A stretch of DNA of 32,000 bases from Stellaceae bacterium (GCA_035280245.1 DATEGF010000007.1:660-32659), one strand, 5' to 3'; counted from the stretch's first letter, positions 1 to 8,380 are shown. Translations and numbers: made by a program. Notes: generated by a model not told the origin, from the letters alone.

Positions 1-726
1 CTCTACTCGATGCTGAACCTCCCCATGGGGGACCCCGACGCCGCGCTCCGGCAGGTCGAGACCTTCGGCCATCGCAAGCTCGTCACGGGGTTCATGGTCG
101 CGGCCGTGCGGCACCAGCCCGTGCACGACAACGCCTATATGAAGGTCTATCGCGCGATCGAGGAGCGCGGCCTCGCGATCGCGTTCCACTCCGGCCACAA
201 CTGGCAGGAAGGCCTGTTCCGCGGCTGCAACCGGTTCATCTCGGTGCACGCGCTCGGCTTCACCTTCTACAACATCCTCCACTGCACGAATTGGGTGATC
301 AACGGGCTCGGCGAGCGCTTCCCCAAGCTCAAGGTGATCTGGATCGAGTCCGGCCTCGCGTGGGTCCCGTTCCTGATGCAGCGGCTCGACCACGAATACA
401 TGCTGCGGACGTCGGAGTGCCCGCTCCTCAAGAAGAAGCCGTCCGACTACATGCGGGACATGTACTACTCCTCGCAGCCCATGGAGGTGCAGGACATGGG
501 TGCGCTGGAGACGACCTTCCGCATGATCAACGCCGAGACGCAGCTGTTGTGGTCCTCGGACTATCCGCACTGGGACTTCGACCTGCCGACGGTGATCTAC
601 GATCTCCCATTCCTCTCCGAGAAGGCGAAGCACAACATCCTCGGCGGCACGGCGGCGCGTATGTTCAATCTTCCCGCGCGCACGCCCGCTCAGCAGGCGA
701 ACCTGGAGCGGTTCGGCAGCGCCTGA
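1..726 (+). CDS. Amidohydrolase-2 (ACMSD/LigW-like metal-dependent hydrolase/decarboxylase) family protein, 5'-truncated by the window edge
   Basis: Frame 1 is open from base 1 (ctc tac tcg before the listed ATG at 10), so the start lies outside the window. The translation carries the family-typical C-terminal WSSDYPHWDFD motif. Third codon positions are mostly G/C. Confidence 0.8.
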   Translation, partial: LYSMLNLPMGDPDAALRQVETFGHRKLVTGFMVAAVRHQPVHDNAYMKVYRAIEERGLAIAFHSGHNWQEGLFRGCNRFISVHALGFTFYNILHCTNWVINGLGERFPKLKVIWIESGLAWVPFLMQRLDHEYMLRTSECPLLKKKPSDYMRDMYYSSQPMEVQDMGALETTFRMINAETQLLWSSDYPHWDFDLPTVIYDLPFLSEKAKHNILGGTAARMFNLPARTPAQQANLERFGSA

Positions 727-739
727 GCGGGATCGCCGC

Positions 740-1276
740 ATGGGCGGGGTCGCCGCCAAGGCGGAGACGCTGCACATCGGCCCAGGTCTCGACCCCAAGA
801 CCGAGATCGGTCCGGTCATCTCGAGCGAGCAGCTCGACCGCGTCGCCGGCTTCATCGACCAGGGCGTCGGTGACGGCGCCAAGGTGATGGTCGGCGGTCA
901 TCGCATCGACCGGCCCGGATATTTCGTTCAGCCGAGGATCCTCACCGACACTACCGCCGACATGTCCGTGCGCAAGTCCGAGATCTTCGGACCGGCGCTC
1001 TGCGCCATGTCCTTCTCCGACGCGGGTATGGACGCGGTCGTCGCCGAGGCGAACGACACGAGCTATGGCCTCGCAGCCCACGTCTTCACGCGCGACCTCT
1101 CGACGGCGCACAAGATCGCGCAACGGCTCCGCGCGGGGTCTGTCCGCATCAACGGCGGGTCGCTCGACAATTCCGTGCCCAGCGGCGGCTTCAAGCAATC
1201 CGGCAGGGGCCGCGAGAACGGCCGCGAGGGCGTCGAGGCCTATACCGAGACCAAGTCCGTGGTAATCGCGCTATAG
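740..1276 (+). pseudogene. Aldehyde dehydrogenase C-terminal remnant (about the last third only)
   Basis: The 178-aa ORF shows only C-terminal ALDH motifs (SEIFGPAL, NDTSYGLAAHVFT, GGFKQSGRGRENG, YTETKSV). The roughly 300 N-terminal residues, including the NAD-binding fold and the catalytic Cys region, cannot be present because the upstream gene ends at 726. Confidence 0.7.
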
Positions 1277-2542
1277 CGCGACGCCCAGCGTCTCCAGCAC
1301 GAGCACCAGGTTGAGAGACAGCACGGTCGCGGTGCCGAGGATGGCGGCCGCGCCGCCGATGCGGCCGCTCGCGAACTTGCCCATGATATCCGCCCGGCGC
1401 GTGAACAGGATCAAGGTGATCATCGGCAGCGGCAGCGCGAGGCTGAGCACGACCTGGCTCACCACGAGGGCGCGGGTCGCGTCGACGCCGATAGCGACCA
1501 CGACAAAGGCCGGCAGCATGGTCACGAGGCGCCGGACCCAGAGCGGGATCGCGAAGCCGACGAACCCCTGCATGATCATCTGCCCCGCCATGGTGCCGAT
1601 CGCCGAGCTGGCGACGCCGGACGCGAGCAGCGACAGGAGGAAGACCGAGGCCGCGGCGACACCGAGCAGCGGCGTCAGGGTGTCGTAGGCCGCCTCGATC
1701 TGCGCGACGTCGCTGTGGCCCGCGTGGAACGCGGCGGAGGCCATCATAACCATGGCCATGTTGACGGCTCCGGCAATCGCCAGGGCGACCACGACCTCCC
1801 GGTTGGAGATCCGCACGATGCGCGCCTTCTCCGCCTCGTTGCGCGGCGGAATCCGCGATTGCGTCAAGCCGGAGTGCAGGTAGATCGCGTGCGGCATGAC
1901 GGTCGCGCCGATGATGCCGACGGTGAGGAGCAGCGCGCCGGCATCCGGGATCTGCGGCACGACAGAATGCACCGCCGCGGCTGTCCAATCGACCTGTGCG
2001 ATGAACATCTCCACCACGTAGCAAAGCGCAATCACCGCGATGAAGCCGCCGACGATCAGCTCCACCGGCCTGAACCCTCTCTGGCCGGACATGAGGATCC
2101 CGTAGACGATCAAGGCCGTCACGGCCATCCCCGCCAGCAGAGGGATATGAAACAGCAGCGACAGTCCGATGCCCGCCCCGACGAACTCGGCGAGGTCCGT
2201 GGCCATGGCCGCGATCTCGCTGACGAGCCACATGACCATAACGACCGGCATGGGAAAATGCTCGCGGCAGAGCTCGGCGAGGTTGCGTCCGGTGACGATC
2301 CCGAGCCTGGCGGAGAGCGCCTGGAACAGCATCGCGATCAGGTTCGCGAGCAGCACCGCCCAGAGCAGTCCATAGCCGTACCTGGCGCCGGCCTGGACGT
2401 TGGTGGCGAAATTGCCGGGATCGACGAAAGCGATCGAGACGATGACGCCAGCGCCGGCGAAGGCTGAGTAGCCGCGCCACCCGTGGCGCCGGCCCTCGAG
2501 CACGTCACGCGCGGTCTGAACCGTCCATTCCGAGAGCGTCAT
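1271..2542 (-). CDS. mntH: Nramp-family divalent metal (Mn2+/Fe2+):H+ symporter
   Basis: 423-aa polytopic membrane protein with the hallmark Nramp motif FVDPGNFATNVQAGARYGYGLLW near the N-terminus. Its length and hydrophobicity are typical of MntH. Confidence 0.95.
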   Translation of the reverse strand: MTLSEWTVQTARDVLEGRRHGWRGYSAFAGAGVIVSIAFVDPGNFATNVQAGARYGYGLLWAVLLANLIAMLFQALSARLGIVTGRNLAELCREHFPMPVVMVMWLVSEIAAMATDLAEFVGAGIGLSLLFHIPLLAGMAVTALIVYGILMSGQRGFRPVELIVGGFIAVIALCYVVEMFIAQVDWTAAAVHSVVPQIPDAGALLLTVGIIGATVMPHAIYLHSGLTQSRIPPRNEAEKARIVRISNREVVVALAIAGAVNMAMVMMASAAFHAGHSDVAQIEAAYDTLTPLLGVAAASVFLLSLLASGVASSAIGTMAGQMIMQGFVGFAIPLWVRRLVTMLPAFVVVAIGVDATRALVVSQVVLSLALPLPMITLILFTRRADIMGKFASGRIGGAAAILGTATVLSLNLVLVLETLGVAL

Positions 2543-2572
2543 CCGGACTCAGCCAACCCCAGCGAGAAGATC

Positions 2573-3499
2573 CTACGCCGTCTTTTGCCGGCGGGTCGCC
2601 AGGTCGATCCCTCCGGCGAAGGCCCATTCGACGAAATTCTCGGGCGCGCGCACGAAATCGCGCGGCTGCCACTCGGCGGTGAGATAGTCCTCGTCGGCGT
2701 AGTATTCGGCCGAGCCGCCGCAGGGGCTCTTGAAATACCAGAATAGCGCCGAGGAGATTGGATGGCGTCCCGGCCCGATGTCGGTCTGCCAGCCCTTGCG
2801 GCTCATAGCGAGGCCGCCCGCGATCACCTCGTGCAGGTCGCGCACGGTGAAGGCGACGTGGTTCAGCCCCTGCTTGCCCGGCCGCTCCAGCATGAAGAGA
2901 TTGTGGTGTCCGCCGGTGGGCTGGCAGCGCAGGAAGAGCCCTGCCTTCGGATAGCGGTCGGAGACCACGAAGCCTAGACGCGATTGGTAGAACGCTGCGC
3001 TCTCCTCGAGGCTCGAGACGAACAGGACGACGTGACCGATATTGATGGGCTTCACGCCGTTGCTATCGCGGATGATCGACTCTCGATTGATCCGCCGCGG
3101 CGTCCCCGGCGCGTTGACCGGGGTCGGCTCCACCGCGACCGGCTTGCGCTCGCTCACGCGAAAACCGATCCGCAGACCGTTGGGGTCGGTGCAACGCGCG
3201 CTGCCGTCGGCGCTGGTTTCCAGCGACGGAACGCTCCGGAGCGCCGCCACGGTCTGGGCCAGGGCCTGCTTGTCGGCGCAGCCCCAGATCACCTCGCGCA
3301 GCGTCGAGCCGGACTCGAACGCCGGCGGAAGCGTTGATTCGCTCGCCGGAAGGATCCGCACCTCGCCACCATCGGCGGTCGTGAAAGTGGCTCCGCCGTC
3401 CGATGTGCGCTCCGCCAGTCCGAAATCCGCGAAGAATCGCCGCGCGGCCTCGATGTCCTCGACACCGAAGGTGACTCGATCGATCCCGATGATGGACAT
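2573..3499 (-). CDS. Two-domain VOC-family protein, type I extradiol dioxygenase-like
   Basis: 308 aa. The glyoxalase/dioxygenase N-terminal signature is IDRVTFGVEDIEAARRFFADFGL. The second domain has candidate metal ligands spaced as in extradiol dioxygenases (NIGHVVLFV, GLNHVAFTV, GGSAEYYADED). Confidence 0.85.
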   Translation of the reverse strand: MSIIGIDRVTFGVEDIEAARRFFADFGLAERTSDGGATFTTADGGEVRILPASESTLPPAFESGSTLREVIWGCADKQALAQTVAALRSVPSLETSADGSARCTDPNGLRIGFRVSERKPVAVEPTPVNAPGTPRRINRESIIRDSNGVKPINIGHVVLFVSSLEESAAFYQSRLGFVVSDRYPKAGLFLRCQPTGGHHNLFMLERPGKQGLNHVAFTVRDLHEVIAGGLAMSRKGWQTDIGPGRHPISSALFWYFKSPCGGSAEYYADEDYLTAEWQPRDFVRAPENFVEWAFAGGIDLATRRQKTA

Positions 3500-3506
3500 G
3501 GGTGGA

Positions 3507-5168
3507 TTACCTCGCCTGGGACTGATGCGCGCGCGGCGGACCCGCGAACTTCACGCCGAATTCGCCGGCGGACGCCATGTCGATCTCGATGATCGCAGGA
3601 CCGGACGCGCCGAGTGCTTCGGATAATGCCGCCGGAAACTTTGCGAGGTCGCGGATCAACTGATGGCGAATGCCCAGGCTTTGCGCCATCAGCGCGAAGC
3701 TCGGGGCCCGCAGCTCGGTATAACAGCGGCGCGCGCCGTAATCCTGGTCCTGGATGTTGCGGATGACGCCGTAACCGCCGTCGTTCATCAGCAGGATCGT
3801 CAGGTCGGTCTTGCTCTCGGCGGCGGTCGCGAGCTCACCCAGGTTGAGGGCGAAGCCGCCGTCGCCGACGAGGGCGACGGTCTTGCGGCGTCCAGAGGCG
3901 AGCGCGGCACCGATCCCCATGGGCAGGCCCATGCCGATGCCGCCGCCCATGGCATGAATCGCGAGCCGTGGCTGACGCATTCGTGGCGCGCGGTTGCCCC
4001 AGATGCTGTTCGACAAAGTGATGTCGCGGATCCAGAGCGCGTCCGGCGGCAACAATCGCTCGAGCCCTTCGATGATCGCGGCATAGTCGCCAGCCTGCTG
4101 ACGCAAAGCGCCGTCGGCCGCACGGCGCGCGGCTACGATATCCGAGGCGAATCCGGGATCGAGATTGGGCGGGCGCGCGCGAAGCCGCGTCGCGAGACCA
4201 TCGAGCACGGCGGCGGCATCGCCGACGATGAACTCGCTCTCGCCGTAACCGCGCCCCCGGGCCCCTGGGTCGGCATCGACGCGAATCAGGGTGGGCGGCA
4301 ATTTCACCGCATAGGTCCGGGTCTCGTTGCTCCGCAGGTGCGAGCCGACGACCAGCATCAAGTCGCAGGACGCGTAGAGCCTCTCCGCCGCCGGCGTGGC
4401 GCCGAAGGCGGCGAGGCTCGACGGATGATCCTCGCTGACGATGCCGCGGCCGGCGGTGCTGCTGACGACGCCGATGCCGAGATCGGCGAGGGCGCGCGCG
4501 ACGGTCGCCGCATCGCGCGCGCCGCCTCCAAGCCAGATCAGCGGACGCCGCGCGTCGCGCACCCGCGCGGCCAGCCGATCGAGGATGGCGGCATCGGAGC
4601 CGGGCGGCGTCACTGGCTCGGGCCGGCAATCAGCCGGCACGGAGACGAGCGCCTTCTGCACGTCGATCGGGATCTCGACGCTGACCGGTCCCTGCGGCGC
4701 CGTCAGCGCGACCCGAACCGCCTCGCGCAGAATCCTCAGCGCGTCGTCGGGCTTCGCGATCCGATAGGCGGCCTTCGATACGGCCTTGAGCATGGCGAGC
4801 TGAGCCGGCGCCTCGTGCAGGAAGCCGAGGTTCCGGTCGAGATAGGGCGTGTCGATCTGCCCGGTCAGGTGCAGCAGCGGGGTTCCCGCCGTCAGCGCCT
4901 CGACCAGCGCGCCCGCGGCGTTGCCGGCTGCGGTTCCGGTGCTCGTGACCACGACGCCGAGTCCGCCGGTGACGCGCGCGGCCGCATCGGCCATGGACGC
5001 CGCTCCCGCCTCGCCGCGGGCCGCGATGAAGCGGATCCCGCCGGCGCGGTGGAACGCGTCGAGGATCGGCATGTTGTGGATGCTGATCACGCCGAAGGCG
5101 GTCGTGACGCCGCAGTTCGACAGGAACGTAGCGATCAGGTCGCCGACGGTGCCACGCGCCTCAGACAT
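3507..5168 (-). CDS. Thiamine-diphosphate-dependent enzyme, three-domain acetolactate-synthase/benzoylformate-decarboxylase-like
   Basis: 553 aa. N-terminal PYR domain (FGVISIHNMPILDA...GEAGAASMADAAARVTG). C-terminal TPP/Mg motif GDGGFALNLGELATA...LLMNDGGYG. Its start overlaps the stop of the upstream SDR gene by 8 nt. Confidence 0.9.
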   Translation of the reverse strand: MSEARGTVGDLIATFLSNCGVTTAFGVISIHNMPILDAFHRAGGIRFIAARGEAGAASMADAAARVTGGLGVVVTSTGTAAGNAAGALVEALTAGTPLLHLTGQIDTPYLDRNLGFLHEAPAQLAMLKAVSKAAYRIAKPDDALRILREAVRVALTAPQGPVSVEIPIDVQKALVSVPADCRPEPVTPPGSDAAILDRLAARVRDARRPLIWLGGGARDAATVARALADLGIGVVSSTAGRGIVSEDHPSSLAAFGATPAAERLYASCDLMLVVGSHLRSNETRTYAVKLPPTLIRVDADPGARGRGYGESEFIVGDAAAVLDGLATRLRARPPNLDPGFASDIVAARRAADGALRQQAGDYAAIIEGLERLLPPDALWIRDITLSNSIWGNRAPRMRQPRLAIHAMGGGIGMGLPMGIGAALASGRRKTVALVGDGGFALNLGELATAAESKTDLTILLMNDGGYGVIRNIQDQDYGARRCYTELRAPSFALMAQSLGIRHQLIRDLAKFPAALSEALGASGPAIIEIDMASAGEFGVKFAGPPRAHQSQAR

Positions 5169-5961
5169 GGTCGGCCTGTCCGCCGGAGACGTCGAGCGTC
5201 GTGCCGGTGATGAAAGAGGCGAGGGGCGAGGCGAGGAAAACCAGGGCCTGGGCCGCCTCCTCGGGCCGACCGATCCGGCCCAGCGGGATGCGGCGGCTGC
5301 GCGCGAGCTCGCGGACCCAGTCGTCGTATTTCAAGGCAGGATCGTCCGCGAGCGCCGACTGGAAGCGGCGCTCCCATTGTCCCGAATGAACCAGGCCCAG
5401 CAGGATCGAGTTGACCCGGATGCTCTTGGGCGCGAAGTCCTTCGAGAGCGATTTGACGAGGTTGAGCGCGCCCGCGCGCGCCGCGGAGGTCGCGATCATG
5501 TGCGGCTCGGGCCGGACCGCGAGCAGCGCGTTGGTGCAGACGATCGCGGCGTCGCGACCCTTCTCGAGGAGCGGCAGAAACGCGCGCGTCGGGTGGATGA
5601 TGCTGAAGAATTTGAGCTCGAGCTCGGAGCGCCACGCCTCGTCGCCGGTGTTGGCGAAATCGCTCATCCGGCCTTGGCCGGCGTTATTGATGAGGATGTC
5701 GGCGCCGCCGAACGCACGCTCGACCGCCGCGGCGAAAGCCTTCATGTCCTCCGCCCGGCAGACGTCGCCGACGTGGGCGAGGATCTGGTCGCGGCCATGC
5801 GTCTCGATGAGCGCGTCCTTGGCGCGGTCGAGGCGCGCCGCGTCGCGCCCGCAGAGCGCGACACGGGCGCCCTCGCTCAGCAGCAATTTGACGGCGGCGA
5901 ATCCAATCCCTGAGCTTCCGCCGGTGACGACCGCGATGCGATCCCTGAGGCGGTAATCCAT
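5161..5961 (-). CDS. Short-chain dehydrogenase/reductase (SDR)
   Basis: The real start is the internal ATG at 5961 (MDYRLRDRIAVVTGGSSGIGFA...), giving 266 aa. Cofactor motif TGGSSGIG and NNAG are present. The ATG overlaps the IclR stop (ATGA). The listed 440-aa ORF is an upstream extension through the IclR gene in another frame. Confidence 0.9.
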   Translation of the reverse strand: MDYRLRDRIAVVTGGSSGIGFAAVKLLLSEGARVALCGRDAARLDRAKDALIETHGRDQILAHVGDVCRAEDMKAFAAAVERAFGGADILINNAGQGRMSDFANTGDEAWRSELELKFFSIIHPTRAFLPLLEKGRDAAIVCTNALLAVRPEPHMIATSAARAGALNLVKSLSKDFAPKSIRVNSILLGLVHSGQWERRFQSALADDPALKYDDWVRELARSRRIPLGRIGRPEEAAQALVFLASPLASFITGTTLDVSGGQADHV

Positions 5962-6791
5962 CAGGCGACGGTCCGCTTGCGCCGCGCCGGGACTGGCTCC
6001 TGCGTCGTTGCCGGCATCGGCGCCCCCACCATTGCCGAGATCGAGGCCGCGGCGGCGCAGGTCTCGGCCGTGATCTTCCCGTAGACCGCGGTTTCGTCCA
6101 CCAGCGTATCGACGATCGCCACATTGATCGCCGCGATGGCTCTGCCAGTGTGGTCGCGCACCGGCGCGCCGACGGAGGTCACGCCGCGCTCGTAATAGGA
6201 CGAGCCGATGACATAGCCGAGGCGCCGATCCTCGAGCAGCAGCCGCTCCAGCGACGCGACCGTGGTCGGCGTCTTCGGGGTGAAGCGCTGCAGCGGCTTG
6301 TCCTTGTAGAGAGCGTGCAACGCGGCCGAGCTCAGGTCGGCGAGCAGGACGCGGCCCATGACGCTCGCATGCGCGGGCAGGCGCGTGCCGACGCTGACGT
6401 TGCTGGTGACCGCGTTGGGGCTGGCATAGCGACTGAGATAGACGATCTCGGTGCCATGCAGGACGGCGAGATGCGCCGAGCATTGGGTCTTGTCGCGCAG
6501 CTGGCTCAGGATCGCACTCGAGAGCTGTACGATATCGAGCGAGCTCAGGTACTCGAAGCCGATCGACAGCACGGCCGGCCCGAGCACGTAGGCGCCGCCG
6601 CCCTCGGCGCGCCGGAGGAACTCCATCTCCTCCAGCGTTTGCAGCAGGCGATGCACCGTCGAGCGCGGGATCTTCAGCTCATGGGCGATTTCCGGCGGCG
6701 TGATCGAGGGGCGCGTGCGCCGGAACAGGCGCAGCAGCTTCAGGCCACGCTCCAATCCTGGAACGGTCGTCTGGGTGCCGGGTGATGCCAT
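5961..6791 (-). CDS. IclR-family transcriptional regulator
   Basis: 276 aa. N-terminal winged HTH typical of IclR (GLERGLKLLRLF...ITPPEIAHELKIPRSTVHRLLQTLEEMEFLRR), followed by an IclR effector-domain-like C-terminus. Confidence 0.9.
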   Translation of the reverse strand: MASPGTQTTVPGLERGLKLLRLFRRTRPSITPPEIAHELKIPRSTVHRLLQTLEEMEFLRRAEGGGAYVLGPAVLSIGFEYLSSLDIVQLSSAILSQLRDKTQCSAHLAVLHGTEIVYLSRYASPNAVTSNVSVGTRLPAHASVMGRVLLADLSSAALHALYKDKPLQRFTPKTPTTVASLERLLLEDRRLGYVIGSSYYERGVTSVGAPVRDHTGRAIAAINVAIVDTLVDETAVYGKITAETCAAAASISAMVGAPMPATTQEPVPARRKRTVA

Positions 6792-6873
6792 TATGCTTTC
6801 TCGAGCTGCAGGAAGGGGAGCAGCGCGGACTCGAACGCGCCGGGATGCGGCCCGCGTATGTCCGACTACCAGA

Positions 6874-7383
6874 CTACTTGCGCTTGATCTTCGCGAGCGG
6901 GTGGTCCGCCGGATAGGTCGGGGTCACCGGCTTCGAGGCGCCGAGCATGACGCACATCAGCGCGTCCTCGTCGCTGTTGTTGCGTAGTCCGCGGTAAACC
7001 CCCGCGGGCACCGAGCAGAGATCGCGCTCGCCGAGCCGAGTCTGCCAGCGCTCGCCGTCCTTCTCGAAAAAGAGTTCGATCTCCCCGCGCATCATGAAGA
7101 AGACCTCTTCCACGTCGGTGTGGATGTGGAGCGGTCCTTCGCAACCCGCCGGCAGCAGCATCGTCGAGAAAGTGAAGTGTTCCGCCGGCACGGAGTTGTC
7201 ATCGGCGGCAACGCCGGTTCCGCCGGTGCCGATATAGCGCAGCTGGGCACGCCGGTACTTCGGGTCGAAGTCGGCCTGGAACTTGAGCGCGTCCCAGTCG
7301 TATTCCCGCGTCTTCAGGCGCGCGATCCGCGACTGCATCACCGCTTCGAGACCGCTATTGGGACGCTTCACGTCATCGGCCAT
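6874..7383 (-). CDS. Cupin-domain protein
   Basis: 169 aa with a cupin core (GPLHIHTDVEEVFFMMRGEIELFF...VPAGVYRGLRN). Confidence 0.8.
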   Translation of the reverse strand: MADDVKRPNSGLEAVMQSRIARLKTREYDWDALKFQADFDPKYRRAQLRYIGTGGTGVAADDNSVPAEHFTFSTMLLPAGCEGPLHIHTDVEEVFFMMRGEIELFFEKDGERWQTRLGERDLCSVPAGVYRGLRNNSDEDALMCVMLGASKPVTPTYPADHPLAKIKRK

Positions 7384-7503
7384 GCCCGCACCCTCCGTTC
7401 GTCGGTTGCGGGTCGAGCCCGCTCGGTTTGTCCTGCGTATGAGACGCCGTTCTAAGGAAAGAAAAATACCGTCCGGGCCGGATTGAGGTCAAGCGCGCCT
7501 CGA

Positions 7504-8289
7504 TCACGTAAAGACGAACCCGGCATTGACCGGGAGCACCTGGCCGGTGAGGGGCAGGGCGCCGGGCGTCAGTAGAAACGCGACCACTTCCACGATGTCG
7601 TCGGGCACCTGCGGGCCCGGCACCGCTCGACCGGTCTCATAGGTCCGGTGCCGCTCGGCCGGAACATACTCGGTCGCCTCGTTGCGCAGGATACCCGGCG
7701 CCACGGCCGTGACGCAGATGCCGCGCGAACCGAGCTCGCGCGCCAGCGATCGCGTCATCGAGATGATCGCTCCTTTGCTCGCGACATAGGCGAGGAGGCG
7801 CGGCGCACCCCACAAAGCAGTATCCGACGCGAGGTTCACGATTCTGCCGTCTCCGCCCTCGGCGAAGAGCGGCGCCAGGGCGCGCGTCATCAGCCACGTG
7901 CCGCGCACATTGACGCGCATCACGCGATCCCAGAGCTCGAGGTCGATCTCGTCGAAATTCTTGCCGCCGACATTGGTCGCGATCGCTGCATTGTTGACGA
8001 GGCCGTGGATCGCGCCTTCGTGCGTGCGCACGTCGTCGGCCAGGGCCTGGATCGATGCGGGCTCGGACAGATCCACCGGCACGAAACGGACCGCGGCACC
8101 GGCTGCGGCGAGCTCCGCGCTGGTCTTGCGCCCGAGCTCGGCGAGGACATCGGCGAGGACGAGCCGAGCGCCGTGGCGAGCGCAGGCGACGGCGATGGAG
8201 CGCCCCACTCCGCGGGCGGCGCCGGTCACGACGATGATTCGTCCGCTCAACACGAGACCACTCTCCGACGAGTCCGCTTGCCCGCACAT
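7504..8289 (-). CDS. Short-chain dehydrogenase/reductase (SDR, FabG-like)
   Basis: VVTGAARGVGRSIA, NNAA and a Y-x3-K region (AYVASKGAI) are present. The start is uncertain. ATG 8289 lies only 14 nt from the palindrome at 8303. An in-frame GTG at 8253, preceded by GGAGAG, would give an N-terminus of more typical length (MLSGRIIVVTG...). Confidence 0.85.
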   Translation of the reverse strand: MCGQADSSESGLVLSGRIIVVTGAARGVGRSIAVACARHGARLVLADVLAELGRKTSAELAAAGAAVRFVPVDLSEPASIQALADDVRTHEGAIHGLVNNAAIATNVGGKNFDEIDLELWDRVMRVNVRGTWLMTRALAPLFAEGGDGRIVNLASDTALWGAPRLLAYVASKGAIISMTRSLARELGSRGICVTAVAPGILRNEATEYVPAERHRTYETGRAVPGPQVPDDIVEVVAFLLTPGALPLTGQVLPVNAGFVFT

Positions 8290-8302
8290 GCCTCGATCAT
8301 TA

Positions 8303-8316
8303 TTCTATATATGGAA
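8303..8316. promoter_or_regulatory. Candidate operator: near-perfect palindrome TTCTATATATGGAA in a divergent promoter region
   Basis: AT-rich 14-mer in the 91-bp gap between the SDR gene (-) and the small-protein/Rieske genes (+). It differs at one position from the perfect palindrome at 14140-14153. The half-site-containing heptamer TATTCTA recurs exactly 50 bp downstream (8301-8307 and 8351-8357). Confidence 0.5.
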
Positions 8317-8380
8317 TGTTGTCTTATTGGCAAGCCGCGCGAAGACCCGGTATTCTAGGGCCGACCTGAGGATCAGCACC

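Noticed and set aside
3663-5210. 515-aa plus-strand ORF, together with the similar shadow ORFs at 1191-2480(-), 3835-4629(-), 4849-5913(+), 8592-9662(-), 11995-13119(+), 13162-14088(+), 19061-19696(-), 22093-23265(+), 23045-24613(+), 23205-24359(-) and 27463-29226(+).
   Set aside because: Each overlaps, in another frame or on the other strand, a gene with unmistakable family signatures. The translations are arginine/proline/glycine-rich with no domains. I treat them as non-coding shadow ORFs.
5962-6483. Long N-terminal extensions of listed ORFs: 5161-6483, 11180-12496, 14223-15263, 15292-16437, 20584-22185, 23294-24676, 27491-28780 and 28801-30165.
   Set aside because: The extensions overlap the upstream gene in a different frame and look like GC-rich nonsense. 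In each case an internal start has a Shine-Dalgarno-like sequence or an ATGA overlap and gives a protein of family-typical length, so I used the internal starts.
7441-7480. AT-rich tract (ttctaaggaaagaaaaatacc) with an adjacent short GC inverted repeat (tccgggccgga) between the SDR stop and the cupin start. On the minus strand it reads as a weak stem followed by TATTTTTCTTTCC.
   Set aside because: The stem is at most 4-5 bp with a 1-3-nt loop, which is too weak for a confident terminator. The tract could equally be the cupin promoter. It does not match the TTCyATATATGGAA motif. I left it unannotated.
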